DNA of 64,000 nucleotides, taken from assembly GCA_963682135.1 (NCBI GenBank), contig OY821645.1, forward strand, positions 448,001 to 512,000, read 5' to 3'. The position numbers and the translations under genes were made by a program. The notes under the pieces were generated by a model, which ran no database searches, had not been told where the DNA came from, and was given only the letters and a program-made list of their open reading frames with translations. The stretch comes from Methanothrix sp. (GTDB lineage: Archaea; Halobacteriota; Methanosarcinia; Methanotrichales; Methanotrichaceae). The first letter of the stretch is position 1. Each line of letters opens with the position of its first letter. Positions 1 through 9,809 of this stretch are shown one piece after another.

Positions 1-368
1 AGACCTGGCTCTCACCCACCCAGATCAGGATCATACCTGTGGCGGAGAGGCACCAGGCCCGTGCCCTGGAGATCGCAGCGGAGCTAGGGTTTAGGACGGA
101 CATCGATGAGCGTGATGAGACGGTGGGCAAGAAGATTCGCGATGCAGGCCGCGAGTGGATACCCTATGTAGTGGTGATAGGCGACGAGGAGTTGGAGTCC
201 GGCAAGCTCTCAGTTACCATTCGATCCGAATCTACGCCCAAGTCTCCAGCCAAGTCCAAGATGACTGTGGAGTACCTGCGCAGAAGAGTCACTGCCGAGA
301 CCGCTGGAAAACCCTGGCGCAGACTGCCGCTGCCCATGAAGCTCAGCGAGCGGCCCAAGTTCATCTGA
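1..368 (+). CDS. thrS: Threonyl-tRNA synthetase, C-terminal anticodon-binding domain (5' part outside window)
   Basis: ...PTQIRIIPV...DERDETVGKKIRDAGREWIPYVVVIGDEE, ending LPLPMKLSERPKF, typical of the archaeal ThrRS C-terminus. Confidence 0.9.
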   Translation, partial: TWLSPTQIRIIPVAERHQARALEIAAELGFRTDIDERDETVGKKIRDAGREWIPYVVVIGDEELESGKLSVTIRSESTPKSPAKSKMTVEYLRRRVTAETAGKPWRRLPLPMKLSERPKFI

Positions 369-464
369 ATTGGGGGAAAAAGCCACAACGATGCAGGCGC
401 AAAAGCGCGCCTGCCATTGCATCGTATGGCTGGATTTTCGCTTTTTTTTCGTTGATATATATAA

Positions 465-1610
465 TTACAATTCCGGCTCGGCCATAGGGTGTCGATCCAC
501 TCCCGGCCCGCCCGGCACAAATAATATCTGCCCTAAATCGCTGTAGTAGTTGCCCTGGCTGCCGTTATCCCAGCGGTTGCTCTGTCCCATGTCGTAGGCA
601 TTGTAACCGTTGTCGATGAGATGGTTGGAAAATAAGAGATTCCAGCCGGAGGAGAATGATAGATAGATGCCGTATCCATTCTCTATTGCCGTATTATTTT
701 GCAGAGTGTTATTGCTGCTATGAGTGGCCAGCTGCAAACCCTTCTCATTGAATGTTATATTGTTGTCTTGCAGGAGGTTGTCGTTGCTGTCATAGGAGAG
801 ATAGATGCCCCGAGAATTGTCCGATGCCGTGTTCTTCCGAATGATATTCTCCCTTGAGCTGTCCAGATAGATCCCTGCGTCCCTATTTCGTAAAGCATTA
901 TTCTCTTCTATCAGATTTTGGTTGCTGGAGTCGGATAGAGAGATGCCATACCAATCGTTGTTGCTGATACGATTTTTGCGCAGAGTGTTGCCGCTTGCCG
1001 ATCGCAGCGATAGGGAAGTGTCGCCGTTGTTCATCAGATCGTTATTCTGAATGACATTTTCTTTGGAATAGGCGAGAAATATGCCGCAATCGCTCTCTTC
1101 ATTGATGTTGTTATCGCGGACATTATTATTAGCTATTGTGTTACTCTCGGATGAATAGAGGGTGATACCGTTGGTGTTGTTGTTTATGCTATTGTTGGAA
1201 ATGTAGTTGGAGCGGGAACGATCCAGACGAATACCGTCCAGGCAATCACTAATTGTATTATCTTTTAGAATATTATTATCGGAAAGGACATGTATGCCTG
1301 TGCGGCGCGTGCTTTTGATGTCAAATCCCGATACGCTTACCCCATCGGCTTGAAGGATTATTGCACCGTTTATTGCACCCCCGTCCAGAAGCGGACGACC
1401 GGTACCCATCAGGTTGATTGTTTTGCTTATGTTCAGGCTCTCTCTATAAACTCCGCTCTGAACGGATATGGTGTCATTGGAATTTGCTCCGTTTATGGCT
1501 GCCTGGATGCTCTCTCCTGATCGAACAAAGATTGTGGCGGCCAGGGCCGATGATGACAGGAAGATTATTACTACTGCCAGCGCTGCTAAATACTCTGCTC
1601 CATGCTTCAT
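465..1610 (-). CDS. Secreted/cell-surface parallel beta-helix (NosD/CASH-repeat) protein
   Basis: Signal peptide, V..GESIQAAI motif, many GIxLxxSxxNxIxxN repeats, NxWDNGxxGNYYSD...DxHP tail. Confidence 0.85.
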   Translation of the reverse strand: MKHGAEYLAALAVVIIFLSSSALAATIFVRSGESIQAAINGANSNDTISVQSGVYRESLNISKTINLMGTGRPLLDGGAINGAIILQADGVSVSGFDIKSTRRTGIHVLSDNNILKDNTISDCLDGIRLDRSRSNYISNNSINNNTNGITLYSSESNTIANNNVRDNNINEESDCGIFLAYSKENVIQNNDLMNNGDTSLSLRSASGNTLRKNRISNNDWYGISLSDSSNQNLIEENNALRNRDAGIYLDSSRENIIRKNTASDNSRGIYLSYDSNDNLLQDNNITFNEKGLQLATHSSNNTLQNNTAIENGYGIYLSFSSGWNLLFSNHLIDNGYNAYDMGQSNRWDNGSQGNYYSDLGQILFVPGGPGVDRHPMAEPEL

Positions 1611-1695
1611 TGCCTATCCCCGGTACTATTATAATTCTTCTAAACTTAAAACTTACCCAAGTGGAAGGCTTTATGACACCGGCACATAGTATAAT

Positions 1696-3558
1696 ATGCC
1701 AATGAAAGAGCAGCCCCGTTTTCTTCCCATGTCTTTGCAGGAAGCCCGAAAGCTAGGGATAGAGCAGTTTGATGTCATTCTCATAAGCGGGGACGCCTAT
1801 GTTGATCATCCATCTTTTGCGGCTGCGATCATCGGCAGGGTGCTTTGGGATGCCGGCTACAGCGTGGGCATCATCGCCCAGCCCGATTGGAAACGGGACG
1901 AGGACTTTGTCAAGCTGGGCCGACCGCGTCTCTTCTTCGGCATATCTTCGGGAAACGTTGACTCCCTGGTGAACAACCTGACGCCTAACTTAAAACGCCG
2001 TAGCTGTGATGTCTATTCGCCGGGCGGCGCCCTGCTCCGGCCGGACAGGGCAGCAATTGTCTACACCAACAAGGTTCATGCCCTCTTTCCCGGAGTGCCC
2101 ATCATCCTGGGCGGGATCGAAGCCAGCTTGCGTCGTTTTGCCCATTATGATTACTGGTCTGACTCGGTTCGTCGCTCCATATTGGCAGACGCGCCTGCGG
2201 ATTTGATCATCTACGGTATGGGCGAGAATCCTCTGCGAGAGGTGGCCCTGAGGCTGGAGAAAGGCGAGAGAATCAATGAAATTTCCGATGTTGCCGGAAC
2301 TACAGTCAAGGAGGAGATCAGCGGATGGCGCAGTAGCCCACGCGAAGATTGCCTGGTCATTCCCGGATATGCAGAGGTTTATGCAGACAAAAGAAAATAT
2401 GCCCAGGCTTTTGCCCTGCACTACCAGGAGCAGGATCCTTTTCACGGGCGGGTGGTCGTCCAGCCTCATCCCAAGACGGTCATCATCCAGAACCCTCCTG
2501 CCCGGCCCCTTCGAGCCGAGGAGTTGGACCGCATTTATGAGCTGCCTTTTGCCCGCGAGGCTCATCCCTCTTACCGCGAGATCATCCCTGCCCTGGAGCC
2601 CGTTCGCTTCTCCATCACCAGTCACCGGGGATGCTTCGGATCCTGCTCATTTTGCGCTCTGACCCATCACCAGGGCCGGATTGTGCAGAGCAGAAGCGAG
2701 GATTCCATCCTGCGCGAGGCAGCGATGCTCACCAGGATGAAAGGCTTTAACGGCATCATCTCCGATGTGGGCGGGCCGACCGCCAACATGTACGGCCTGT
2801 CCTGTCCGCGCTGGAAAAAGGGGGCCTGCGGGGATAAGCTCTGCTCGGCGGAGTGCGCCAGCCTGGACAGAGACCATTCCCGTCAGGTCGATCTCCTGCG
2901 CCGGCTGCGTAAAATTCCCGGAGTGAAAAGAGTCTTCATTGGCTCGGGAATCAGGCATGATCTGATAATGGCTGACCATTCTTCCTATCTGGAGGAGCTT
3001 TGCCGGCATCACGTCTCCGGCCACCTCAAGATCGCTCCCGAGCACATTACACGATCGGTGACAGAGTGCATGCATAAACCCACCCGAGAGGTACTGGATG
3101 CCTTTCGGGAGCGCTTTCGCACGGCCTCCAAAGCTGTCGGAAAGGAGCAGTACCTTCTGCCCTATCTCATGTCCGGTCATCCCGGCTGCACGGTAAGGGA
3201 TATGGTCGAGCTGGCGGAGTACCTGCGTGACAATCGCCTGTACACGGAGCAGGTGCAGGACTTCACCCCCACGCCCATGACCATCTCCACGGCCATGTAC
3301 TACACCGGCCTCGACCCATTTACGCTCATGCCGGTGCATGTGCCCAGGGGCCGGGAGAAGAGGATTCAGCGGGCTATGCTGCAATACCGGGACCCTAAGA
3401 ACTATGATCTGGTCAAAGAGGGCTTGCAGATGGCGGGAAGAGCGGATCTCATCGGCGAGGGGAGGCAGTGCCTGATACCGGCGCGGCCAAAGGGTGGGTG
3501 GGGACTGGAGAATAGAAAGGGTGAGAGAAAAAAGGGAAGAGATGCAGAATTAGGATAA
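1696..3558 (+). CDS. YgiQ (UPF0313) family radical SAM protein
   Basis: GDAYVDHPSF, GGIEASLRRFAHYDYW, CFGSCSFC radical SAM motif, EQVQDFTPTP. Confidence 0.92.
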   Translation: MPMKEQPRFLPMSLQEARKLGIEQFDVILISGDAYVDHPSFAAAIIGRVLWDAGYSVGIIAQPDWKRDEDFVKLGRPRLFFGISSGNVDSLVNNLTPNLKRRSCDVYSPGGALLRPDRAAIVYTNKVHALFPGVPIILGGIEASLRRFAHYDYWSDSVRRSILADAPADLIIYGMGENPLREVALRLEKGERINEISDVAGTTVKEEISGWRSSPREDCLVIPGYAEVYADKRKYAQAFALHYQEQDPFHGRVVVQPHPKTVIIQNPPARPLRAEELDRIYELPFAREAHPSYREIIPALEPVRFSITSHRGCFGSCSFCALTHHQGRIVQSRSEDSILREAAMLTRMKGFNGIISDVGGPTANMYGLSCPRWKKGACGDKLCSAECASLDRDHSRQVDLLRRLRKIPGVKRVFIGSGIRHDLIMADHSSYLEELCRHHVSGHLKIAPEHITRSVTECMHKPTREVLDAFRERFRTASKAVGKEQYLLPYLMSGHPGCTVRDMVELAEYLRDNRLYTEQVQDFTPTPMTISTAMYYTGLDPFTLMPVHVPRGREKRIQRAMLQYRDPKNYDLVKEGLQMAGRADLIGEGRQCLIPARPKGGWGLENRKGERKKGRDAELG

Positions 3559-3577
3559 AGGCTGCAAAGAGATCGGA

Positions 3578-4132
3578 ATGGAAGATTTTGCGGACAGATA
3601 CGGCAGCCGTTTTGTGAAACTGATAGACAGCCGCTCTACCGGCAAGGAGTTTGAATTCGATCAGGTACTGCTCATGCCCACTGCCGCAGGCTACCGTGCC
3701 CTGGTGGAGCAGGCCATGGTCGAGATCAATCCCAGGGTGATGAAATATTTATCGAGGAGATGGTCGCAGGGTGCCATTGAGAACCTCTCATTTTTTGCCA
3801 TGGCGGTAGCCGTTTACGCCCGAAGCATCTGTGATCCGCCGCTTGATATCGATGTAGGAAAGGTGCTGCTCAGGACGGTGACCTTCTGCAATCGCAGGTG
3901 CGCCAACAGAAAAGGGTTCAGGGGCGGATGCAGACTGGCAATGAACAACGCTGAGCATCATCTGCCCAAATGCATTAAAATTCCCAGGGATATTGCGGTT
4001 ATCCTGGGCTGCCTGAAGAGATATATCGCAACCGGCAAAACCACACGTGGCCAGGATGCGGCAAGCCTGCACGAGGCCATGAGCGTCATGGTCGATCCGG
4101 GGTTGGACTATGTGCCGGTGACATCGTGCTGA
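3578..4132 (+). CDS. Hypothetical protein (Cys-containing)
   Basis: 184-aa ORF in line with its neighbours; no family recognised. Confidence 0.65.
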   Translation: MEDFADRYGSRFVKLIDSRSTGKEFEFDQVLLMPTAAGYRALVEQAMVEINPRVMKYLSRRWSQGAIENLSFFAMAVAVYARSICDPPLDIDVGKVLLRTVTFCNRRCANRKGFRGGCRLAMNNAEHHLPKCIKIPRDIAVILGCLKRYIATGKTTRGQDAASLHEAMSVMVDPGLDYVPVTSC

Positions 4133-4224
4133 TGATAGCATTGGTTAGCTAAATAAAGGTGGATAGCATCCGAAAAAAAGGCACCGCAAATCCCAAAGAT
4201 GAAATGACGGATGAGGTCAATAAA

Positions 4225-5397
4225 ATGGAGTATGTTCTTTCCCCTAAATCAGAGATCGAGAGCCGAATAAAGACTTTGCAGTCACAGATGGGCGAGATGG
4301 ATGGAGCACTGCTGTTTCATGCTGTGGACGTGTGCTACTTTTCCGGCACCGCTCAGGATGGGCTGGTCTACATTCCCAGAGACGGAGAGCCGGTGGTGAT
4401 GATGAAGCGGAGCCTGGAGAGAGCAGTGCAGGAATCGCCTCTCGAAGTTAGGCCTCTTAAGAATATGAGAAATTTGAAATCAGACCTGGACATTCCGGCG
4501 AAGGCTACGATCGGCCTGGAGATGGATGTGCTTCCCTGTAGCTTCTACTTCAAAGTAAACAAAGCCCTGCAAGATGCCCTGTTCGTTGATGTTGCCGAGA
4601 AGATCAAGCACATTCGCTCTGTAAAGTCCGATTTTGAGGTGAGCCTGATAAAAGAGGCGGCCAGGATCTTGCAGGTCGGCTTTTCCTCTGTGCCTGATTT
4701 TTTGGAAGAAGGCATGAAAGAGGTTGACCTTATCTGTCGGATAGAGTCGGTGATGCGCTCCATTGGTCATCAGGGGTCTCTGCGCTTTCGCAGGTTCAAC
4801 AGCATTGTTCCCCTGGGCCATGTTATGTCCGGGGCGGAGGCGGCCTTTCCCAGCTTCCTGGCCTCGCCCAGCGGAGGCCGGGGCACCTCTTTGATGTTTC
4901 CCCAGGGGGCAGGCTTTGCCAAGATCAAGAGAAACGAACCGATATTTGTGGACAGCGTGGGCATCTACAACGGCTACATTGCGGACGCTACTCGCATATT
5001 CTCGCTGGGCAAGCTGGAGCCGGAGCTGGAGGACGCCTATCAAGCCGCCTGCCAGATAGAAGAAGCTGTGGCGGGAGAGCTCGCCTCAGGTCGGACGGGA
5101 AGAGAGCTCTTCGAGCTATCCGAGACGGAGGGAGCAAGGCTCGGCTACCTGGACTATTTGGGCGGGACCAATGGCAATAAATGCGGCTTTGTGGGCCACG
5201 GCGTGGGACTGGAGCTGGACGAATACCCGGTGATCGGGCCGCTGGACCATGCCATACAGAGCAATATGGCCATTGCTATCGAGCCCAAGATAATCTATCC
5301 TGACAAAGGTGTGCTGGGAATAGAGGACACCTACTTGACGGGGCCGGGCGGAGCCTTGAGCCTCACTCATATGCCGCGAGAGATCTGGCAGGTTTAG
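4225..5397 (+). CDS. M24 family (Xaa-Pro) aminopeptidase
   Basis: GYIADATR, GHGVGLELDE, AIEPK, GIEDT motifs; start moved to ATG 4225 after a GAGGT RBS. Confidence 0.9.
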   Translation: MEYVLSPKSEIESRIKTLQSQMGEMDGALLFHAVDVCYFSGTAQDGLVYIPRDGEPVVMMKRSLERAVQESPLEVRPLKNMRNLKSDLDIPAKATIGLEMDVLPCSFYFKVNKALQDALFVDVAEKIKHIRSVKSDFEVSLIKEAARILQVGFSSVPDFLEEGMKEVDLICRIESVMRSIGHQGSLRFRRFNSIVPLGHVMSGAEAAFPSFLASPSGGRGTSLMFPQGAGFAKIKRNEPIFVDSVGIYNGYIADATRIFSLGKLEPELEDAYQAACQIEEAVAGELASGRTGRELFELSETEGARLGYLDYLGGTNGNKCGFVGHGVGLELDEYPVIGPLDHAIQSNMAIAIEPKIIYPDKGVLGIEDTYLTGPGGALSLTHMPREIWQV

Positions 5398-5441
5398 GTG
5401 AGGAAGAGTTGCGGCTCACGAATCCATGTGCTCGCATTTCC

Positions 5442-6119
5442 CTATTTTTCCTGCAAATCGAAATTGGTGATGTTCATGAACCAGTAGCCTTCCTTATGAA
5501 TCGGATCGCTCTTGGTTATCACTATCTTCTTTTTGAAGATGGGGCCATCCAGGACGAGGGTATGAAACTCACCATTCTCCCCGCATGCATCGACAGTGGT
5601 GCCGGCCTTCTTCAAATCTGTCAAGAATTTATCGTCGATCCTGCGGCCCAACCACTCCTTTCCCAGAAAACCGTCCCTTACACTGACCAGGATTACCTCG
5701 AATCCAGCATCAATAATCTCGTTTACGATTTTCTCGGAATTTTCTTTCCAGAGTGGCAGGATCAAATCGATATTCAGCTCCTGGCAGATTCTCTCCACCA
5801 GTGGCTTGTGGGTCTCGATGTGACCGAAGACTGCTGCGTCAAATCTCTCGCCCTGCGCTCGCAGCTCCCTGGCAGCTTTCTTGAACTCCTCTTCGTAGGA
5901 ATGAAAATCCCGCTGCAGGAGAGGAATGCCAAGTGCCTGGGCCTGGGCCCGGATGAGGGCAGGATTGAGTTCATGTGAGCCGGTCTTCTTCTGGTTGGTG
6001 AAATGCAGAATATGGGTGATATTGTAGCCGTTATTCATTGTTTTATAGCAGGAGTAGCAGCCGTCCTTTCCGCCTGTCCAGGAGACGATGGCATTTTTTT
6101 TGGTGTTGTTGGAGTTCAT
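5442..6119 (-). CDS. Diphthine-ammonia ligase (Dph6)-like PP-loop ATPase
   Basis: SWTGGKDG PP-loop, LPLW, DACGENGEFHTLVLDGP; start uncertain (6119 or 6149). Confidence 0.85.
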   Translation of the reverse strand: MNSNNTKKNAIVSWTGGKDGCYSCYKTMNNGYNITHILHFTNQKKTGSHELNPALIRAQAQALGIPLLQRDFHSYEEEFKKAARELRAQGERFDAAVFGHIETHKPLVERICQELNIDLILPLWKENSEKIVNEIIDAGFEVILVSVRDGFLGKEWLGRRIDDKFLTDLKKAGTTVDACGENGEFHTLVLDGPIFKKKIVITKSDPIHKEGYWFMNITNFDLQEK

Positions 6120-6346
6120 GAGATGTGAAATGGGATGGTAGTTAATCAAGAATTCGGGTGTGAGACTTATTGTTTTCTTGCGGAATCATTTGCTGCTGAG
6201 AGCTGATAAAAGCAGTTCGGGCGAACGTAACCATCAATTGGACTGTGAAAGAGTCGGCCAGAGCCAAGTTGTGGGTCATAATCCGGCGACTGCTACGCAA
6301 GCACGGACGAGAAAATATTATTACCTATTCCTGCATATTCTTCCTC

Positions 6347-8074
6347 GTGAAAAACAGCGAGGTCGCCGGACTTCTTTATGAGATGGCAGAGCTGTTGGAG
6401 CTGCATGCCGAGAACCGCTTCAAGATCATTGCCTTCAGCAAAGCTGCCCGGGCCATCGAATCTTTGCCGGAGGACATAACCACAGTCTGCAAGGAGAAGA
6501 GATTGCAGTCCATTCCCGGCGTGGGAAAGGCCATCGCCCAGAAGGTGGAAGAGTATCTTAAAACCGGCCGGATAGAGGCTCACCAGGAGCTTTTGGCCAA
6601 GACACCCCCCGGCCTGGTAAAGCTTCTTCAGATATCGGGTCTGGGTCCAAAGACCGTTTTTATGCTGCATGAGAAGCTGAACATAACCAACCTGGAGGAG
6701 CTGGAGACTGCGGCCAGGGAGCATCGCATCCGAAGGCTTCCCAGAATGGGGCCGACGCGCGAGTCAAACATTTTAAAGTCCCTTGAAAGATACAAAAAGC
6801 GCAGCACTCGCATTCTCTACAGCACAGCCGAGCCTATTGTAAACGAGATTCTCGCCTACCTGCGAGGCATGGGCGGCCTGGAGCACATCACTGCGGCAGG
6901 CAGCTTTCGCCGGGCGAAGGAGACTGTGGGAGACATCGATATCCTGGCTACCGCCGGCCGGCCGGAAGAGATCGTTGCTGCCTTCGTGCGCATGCCTTTG
7001 GTTGAGGAGGTGCTGGCCCAGGGACCCACCAAGGCCAGCGTCATAGTGCAGGAGACAATCCAGGTGGACCTGAGAATAGTGGAGCATCAGTCTTTCGGAA
7101 CCGTTCTGCAGTATTTTACAGGCTCCAAGGAGCATAATGTCCGGCTGCGGCAACTGGCTCTGAGCCGCGGCTACTCTCTGAGCGAGTACTCTCTCACGCG
7201 CCTGGCGGACAGCCGGGACCTGTTCTACGATCGAGAGGAGGATGTCTACGCCGCTCTAGGTCTGCCCTACATTGCACCGGAGATGAGAGAAGACCGCGGC
7301 GAGATTGAGGCGGCCTTGCGAGGAACGCTGTCCCGGCTCCTGGACACGAAGGACATGCGTGGCGATCTGCATGTTCACAGCGACTGGTCGGACGGCAGGG
7401 CTTCCATCCTGGAGATGGCCCATGCCGCACAGGCTTTGGGCTATGAGTACATTGCCCTTTGCGATCATTCACCCTCGATTGGCATAGCAGGAGGACTGGA
7501 CCCTGAGAAGCTGGAGCAGAAGATCGAGGCCATAGCTGCTGTTAATGAGGAGCTGGCATTAAAGGGCATGGATTTTACCGTTCTGGCGGGAACTGAGGTG
7601 GATATCAAAGCAGATGGCCGGCTGGACTATGCCGATGATCTCCTGGCCAGGTGCGATGTGGTGGTGGCATCCGTGCACATGGGATTGCAGCAGACGGAGA
7701 GGGCTATAACAGGAAGGCTGATCTCGGCTATAGAAAACGAAAATGTGGATATCATTGCTCACCCCACAGGAAGGATCATCGATCAGCGTGAGCCCTATGA
7801 AGTGGATATGCAGGCGGTCTTGAGAGCGGCGGCGAGAACAAATACCGTCCTGGAGATAAATTCTCATCCCAGCCGTCTGGATCTGAATGATGTCAATGCT
7901 AAGGCCGCAAAAGAGATGGGTGTAATGCTGTGCATCAACTCCGATGCTCATGATGCAAAGCAGCTTCTCAATATGAAATACGGGGTGAATGTAGCCAGAC
8001 GGGCCTGGCTTGAGAAGAAGAATGTACTCAATACCTTATCTCTCAAGGAGCTGCTAACTGTGCTGAGGCGCTAA
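6347..8074 (+). CDS. polX: Family X DNA polymerase with C-terminal PHP domain
   Basis: HhH IPGVGK, AGSFRR, GDIDIL, QVDLR, YFTGSKEHN; PHP motifs DLHVHS, DHS, AHP, SDAH; probable GTG start at 6347. Confidence 0.93.
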   Translation: MKNSEVAGLLYEMAELLELHAENRFKIIAFSKAARAIESLPEDITTVCKEKRLQSIPGVGKAIAQKVEEYLKTGRIEAHQELLAKTPPGLVKLLQISGLGPKTVFMLHEKLNITNLEELETAAREHRIRRLPRMGPTRESNILKSLERYKKRSTRILYSTAEPIVNEILAYLRGMGGLEHITAAGSFRRAKETVGDIDILATAGRPEEIVAAFVRMPLVEEVLAQGPTKASVIVQETIQVDLRIVEHQSFGTVLQYFTGSKEHNVRLRQLALSRGYSLSEYSLTRLADSRDLFYDREEDVYAALGLPYIAPEMREDRGEIEAALRGTLSRLLDTKDMRGDLHVHSDWSDGRASILEMAHAAQALGYEYIALCDHSPSIGIAGGLDPEKLEQKIEAIAAVNEELALKGMDFTVLAGTEVDIKADGRLDYADDLLARCDVVVASVHMGLQQTERAITGRLISAIENENVDIIAHPTGRIIDQREPYEVDMQAVLRAAARTNTVLEINSHPSRLDLNDVNAKAAKEMGVMLCINSDAHDAKQLLNMKYGVNVARRAWLEKKNVLNTLSLKELLTVLRR

Positions 8075-8114
8075 AGAAAGACATGAAAGACTTATTAAAG
8101 GGGAAAAGAGAGAA

Positions 8115-8378
8115 ATGGGATTTATGAGAATTAACAACCAAGCCAAAGTCGGGCTGGTAACTGTTGTCTGTCTCCTTTGCCAGGGTTACATCTTCTCTTT
8201 TATCCTGAAGCTGGAGCCCCATCCTTTGATCTCCTTTGTACCGCTTCTCCCCTATATTGTCTACATTTATGCCCGGACAAGCAGGACATGGTATTTTAAT
8301 AGGCCTCTTTACTGGATGGCAGCGATAATCGTTCTGACTGCGCTGGATATATTGCCTTTTGCCTTAGGTGTAGTTTGA
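8115..8378 (+). CDS. Small membrane protein (about 3 TM)
   Basis: Hydrophobic 87-aa ORF. Confidence 0.6.
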   Translation: MGFMRINNQAKVGLVTVVCLLCQGYIFSFILKLEPHPLISFVPLLPYIVYIYARTSRTWYFNRPLYWMAAIIVLTALDILPFALGVV

Positions 8379-8424
8379 TTGCTTCTTAAATTAAAATCTA
8401 AGCAAATGTAATAAAAAGAATAGT

Positions 8425-8445
8425 AAAGGGCTTCTCCAGCCCTTT
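8425..8445. terminator. Hairpin between convergent genes, possible bidirectional terminator
   Basis: AAAGGGCT-tctcc-AGCCCTTT with A/T-rich flanks. Confidence 0.5.
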
Positions 8446-8466
8446 TGCCTAATAAATATTGCCTGA

Positions 8467-8952
8467 TTAGCTCATTATCTCATAGCTATCTTTGTGCGGG
8501 TTGATGAGCAGCCTCTCGGCAATCTCCCTGGCTGCCATTTCCGCTTCCGGCTTGAGCGTATCGAAGTAGAGCTTCCAGACGGTAGCCTTCTTCACATCCA
8601 CCACATTCTCGAAGCCCAGACGGCTGCGCAGTCGCTCCCGAACGGAGATGGCCTCGCCGTCCTCGATATGCAGGGCAACTTTGACCGGCACATAGCCCTC
8701 CTCAAACTTTAACTCGTCCACAAGAACTACGTGGCTCTCTTTGTTCTCGTTGACCAGCTCTTTGGCAAAGCTCTTGGCCAGCTCCGCCGGGTCCCCGGAA
8801 TCTACCTCGATGGAGAACAAGCGTTCTTTCTTGACATCGGCCAGGACATTCTTATACCCCAAACGCCGGACGAGCGTGTTCTTAACTGTGGCCGCCTCGG
8901 CATCAGGTATCTTCAGCCAGACGCGCAGATTGATCTTTTGGTTCGTGCTCAT
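8467..8952 (-). CDS. purS: FGAM synthase subunit PurS (two fused PurS domains)
   Basis: D.EA.TV...L...LG repeated twice; ELVNENKE and LLINPHKD; in operon with purQL. Confidence 0.85.
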   Translation of the reverse strand: MSTNQKINLRVWLKIPDAEAATVKNTLVRRLGYKNVLADVKKERLFSIEVDSGDPAELAKSFAKELVNENKESHVVLVDELKFEEGYVPVKVALHIEDGEAISVRERLRSRLGFENVVDVKKATVWKLYFDTLKPEAEMAAREIAERLLINPHKDSYEIMS

Positions 8953-9809
8953 GCGTTCACCTCGATATAGCGCTTCATGGATTCGAATACTCTTCTGCCG
9001 GGACCGGGCTCATCGGTCCGCTGCTTTCTCGGATCGAAAGCAGGGAGCTGCCAGGCGAAAAAGGCCCTTTCCGGATGAGGCATCATGCCCAGAACATTTC
9101 CCTGCTCATTGCAGATGGCGGCTATGCTTTCTGTGCTGCCGTTTACATTGAATGGAAACTCATTTATGATTCGCCCATTCTTATCGCAGTAGCGGAAGAC
9201 CACCTGTCCCTCGTCGTTAAGCTTCTTGATCAATCCGGGAGTGGTGGTGACCAGATTTCCTTCGCCATGGGCGATGGGGATCCTGAGCAGTGCTCCCCTT
9301 TCGATGGCAAATGAGCCGCTGCACCTCTTGGATGGCGCTTCGTGTCGAAGGTTGACCCAATCGCAGTAGTAGCCCCGCCGCACAATCTTTCCCAGGGAGA
9401 CCATCACATTTTGGGCTAAAGCCATATCCACGTTTCCAGAGCCCTTGTGGCTGCCGATACCTATGCTACTGCCTTTGTCGCTCTCTTTGTCGCAGCCTTT
9501 GCTCTTGCCGGGAAGCAGTCCCGTCTCCACCAGAATCTGAAAGCCGTTGCAGATGCCTAGGATTGGTTTGCCTTTGCCGGCCTCTTCTTTTAGGGCGCTC
9601 ATGACCGGCTCTTTGGAGGCTATAACACCTGCTCGAATCCTGTCCTGATAGGAGAAGCCACCTGGTATGACAAATCCATCAAAACCGGATAGCTCGCCGG
9701 CTGGCCGGTTCCAGCGAAAGATCTCGCCCTCCATGCCCACTGCTTTCACAGCTACCAGCGTCTCAAACTCACAGTTCGTTCCCGGGAACTGCAAAACTGC
9801 TATCTTCAT
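8949..9809 (-). CDS. purQ: FGAM synthase glutaminase subunit PurQ
   Basis: FPGTNC, PGGFSYQD, GICNGFQIL, AHGEG, MMPHPER; ATG 9809 overlaps the purL stop. Confidence 0.95.
   Translation of the reverse strand: MKIAVLQFPGTNCEFETLVAVKAVGMEGEIFRWNRPAGELSGFDGFVIPGGFSYQDRIRAGVIASKEPVMSALKEEAGKGKPILGICNGFQILVETGLLPGKSKGCDKESDKGSSIGIGSHKGSGNVDMALAQNVMVSLGKIVRRGYYCDWVNLRHEAPSKRCSGSFAIERGALLRIPIAHGEGNLVTTTPGLIKKLNDEGQVVFRYCDKNGRIINEFPFNVNGSTESIAAICNEQGNVLGMMPHPERAFFAWQLPAFDPRKQRTDEPGPGRRVFESMKRYIEVNA

Noticed and set aside
6347-8074. Catalytically altered PolX
   Set aside because: The GDIDIL and VDLR aspartates and PHP metal ligands are present; it looks canonical.
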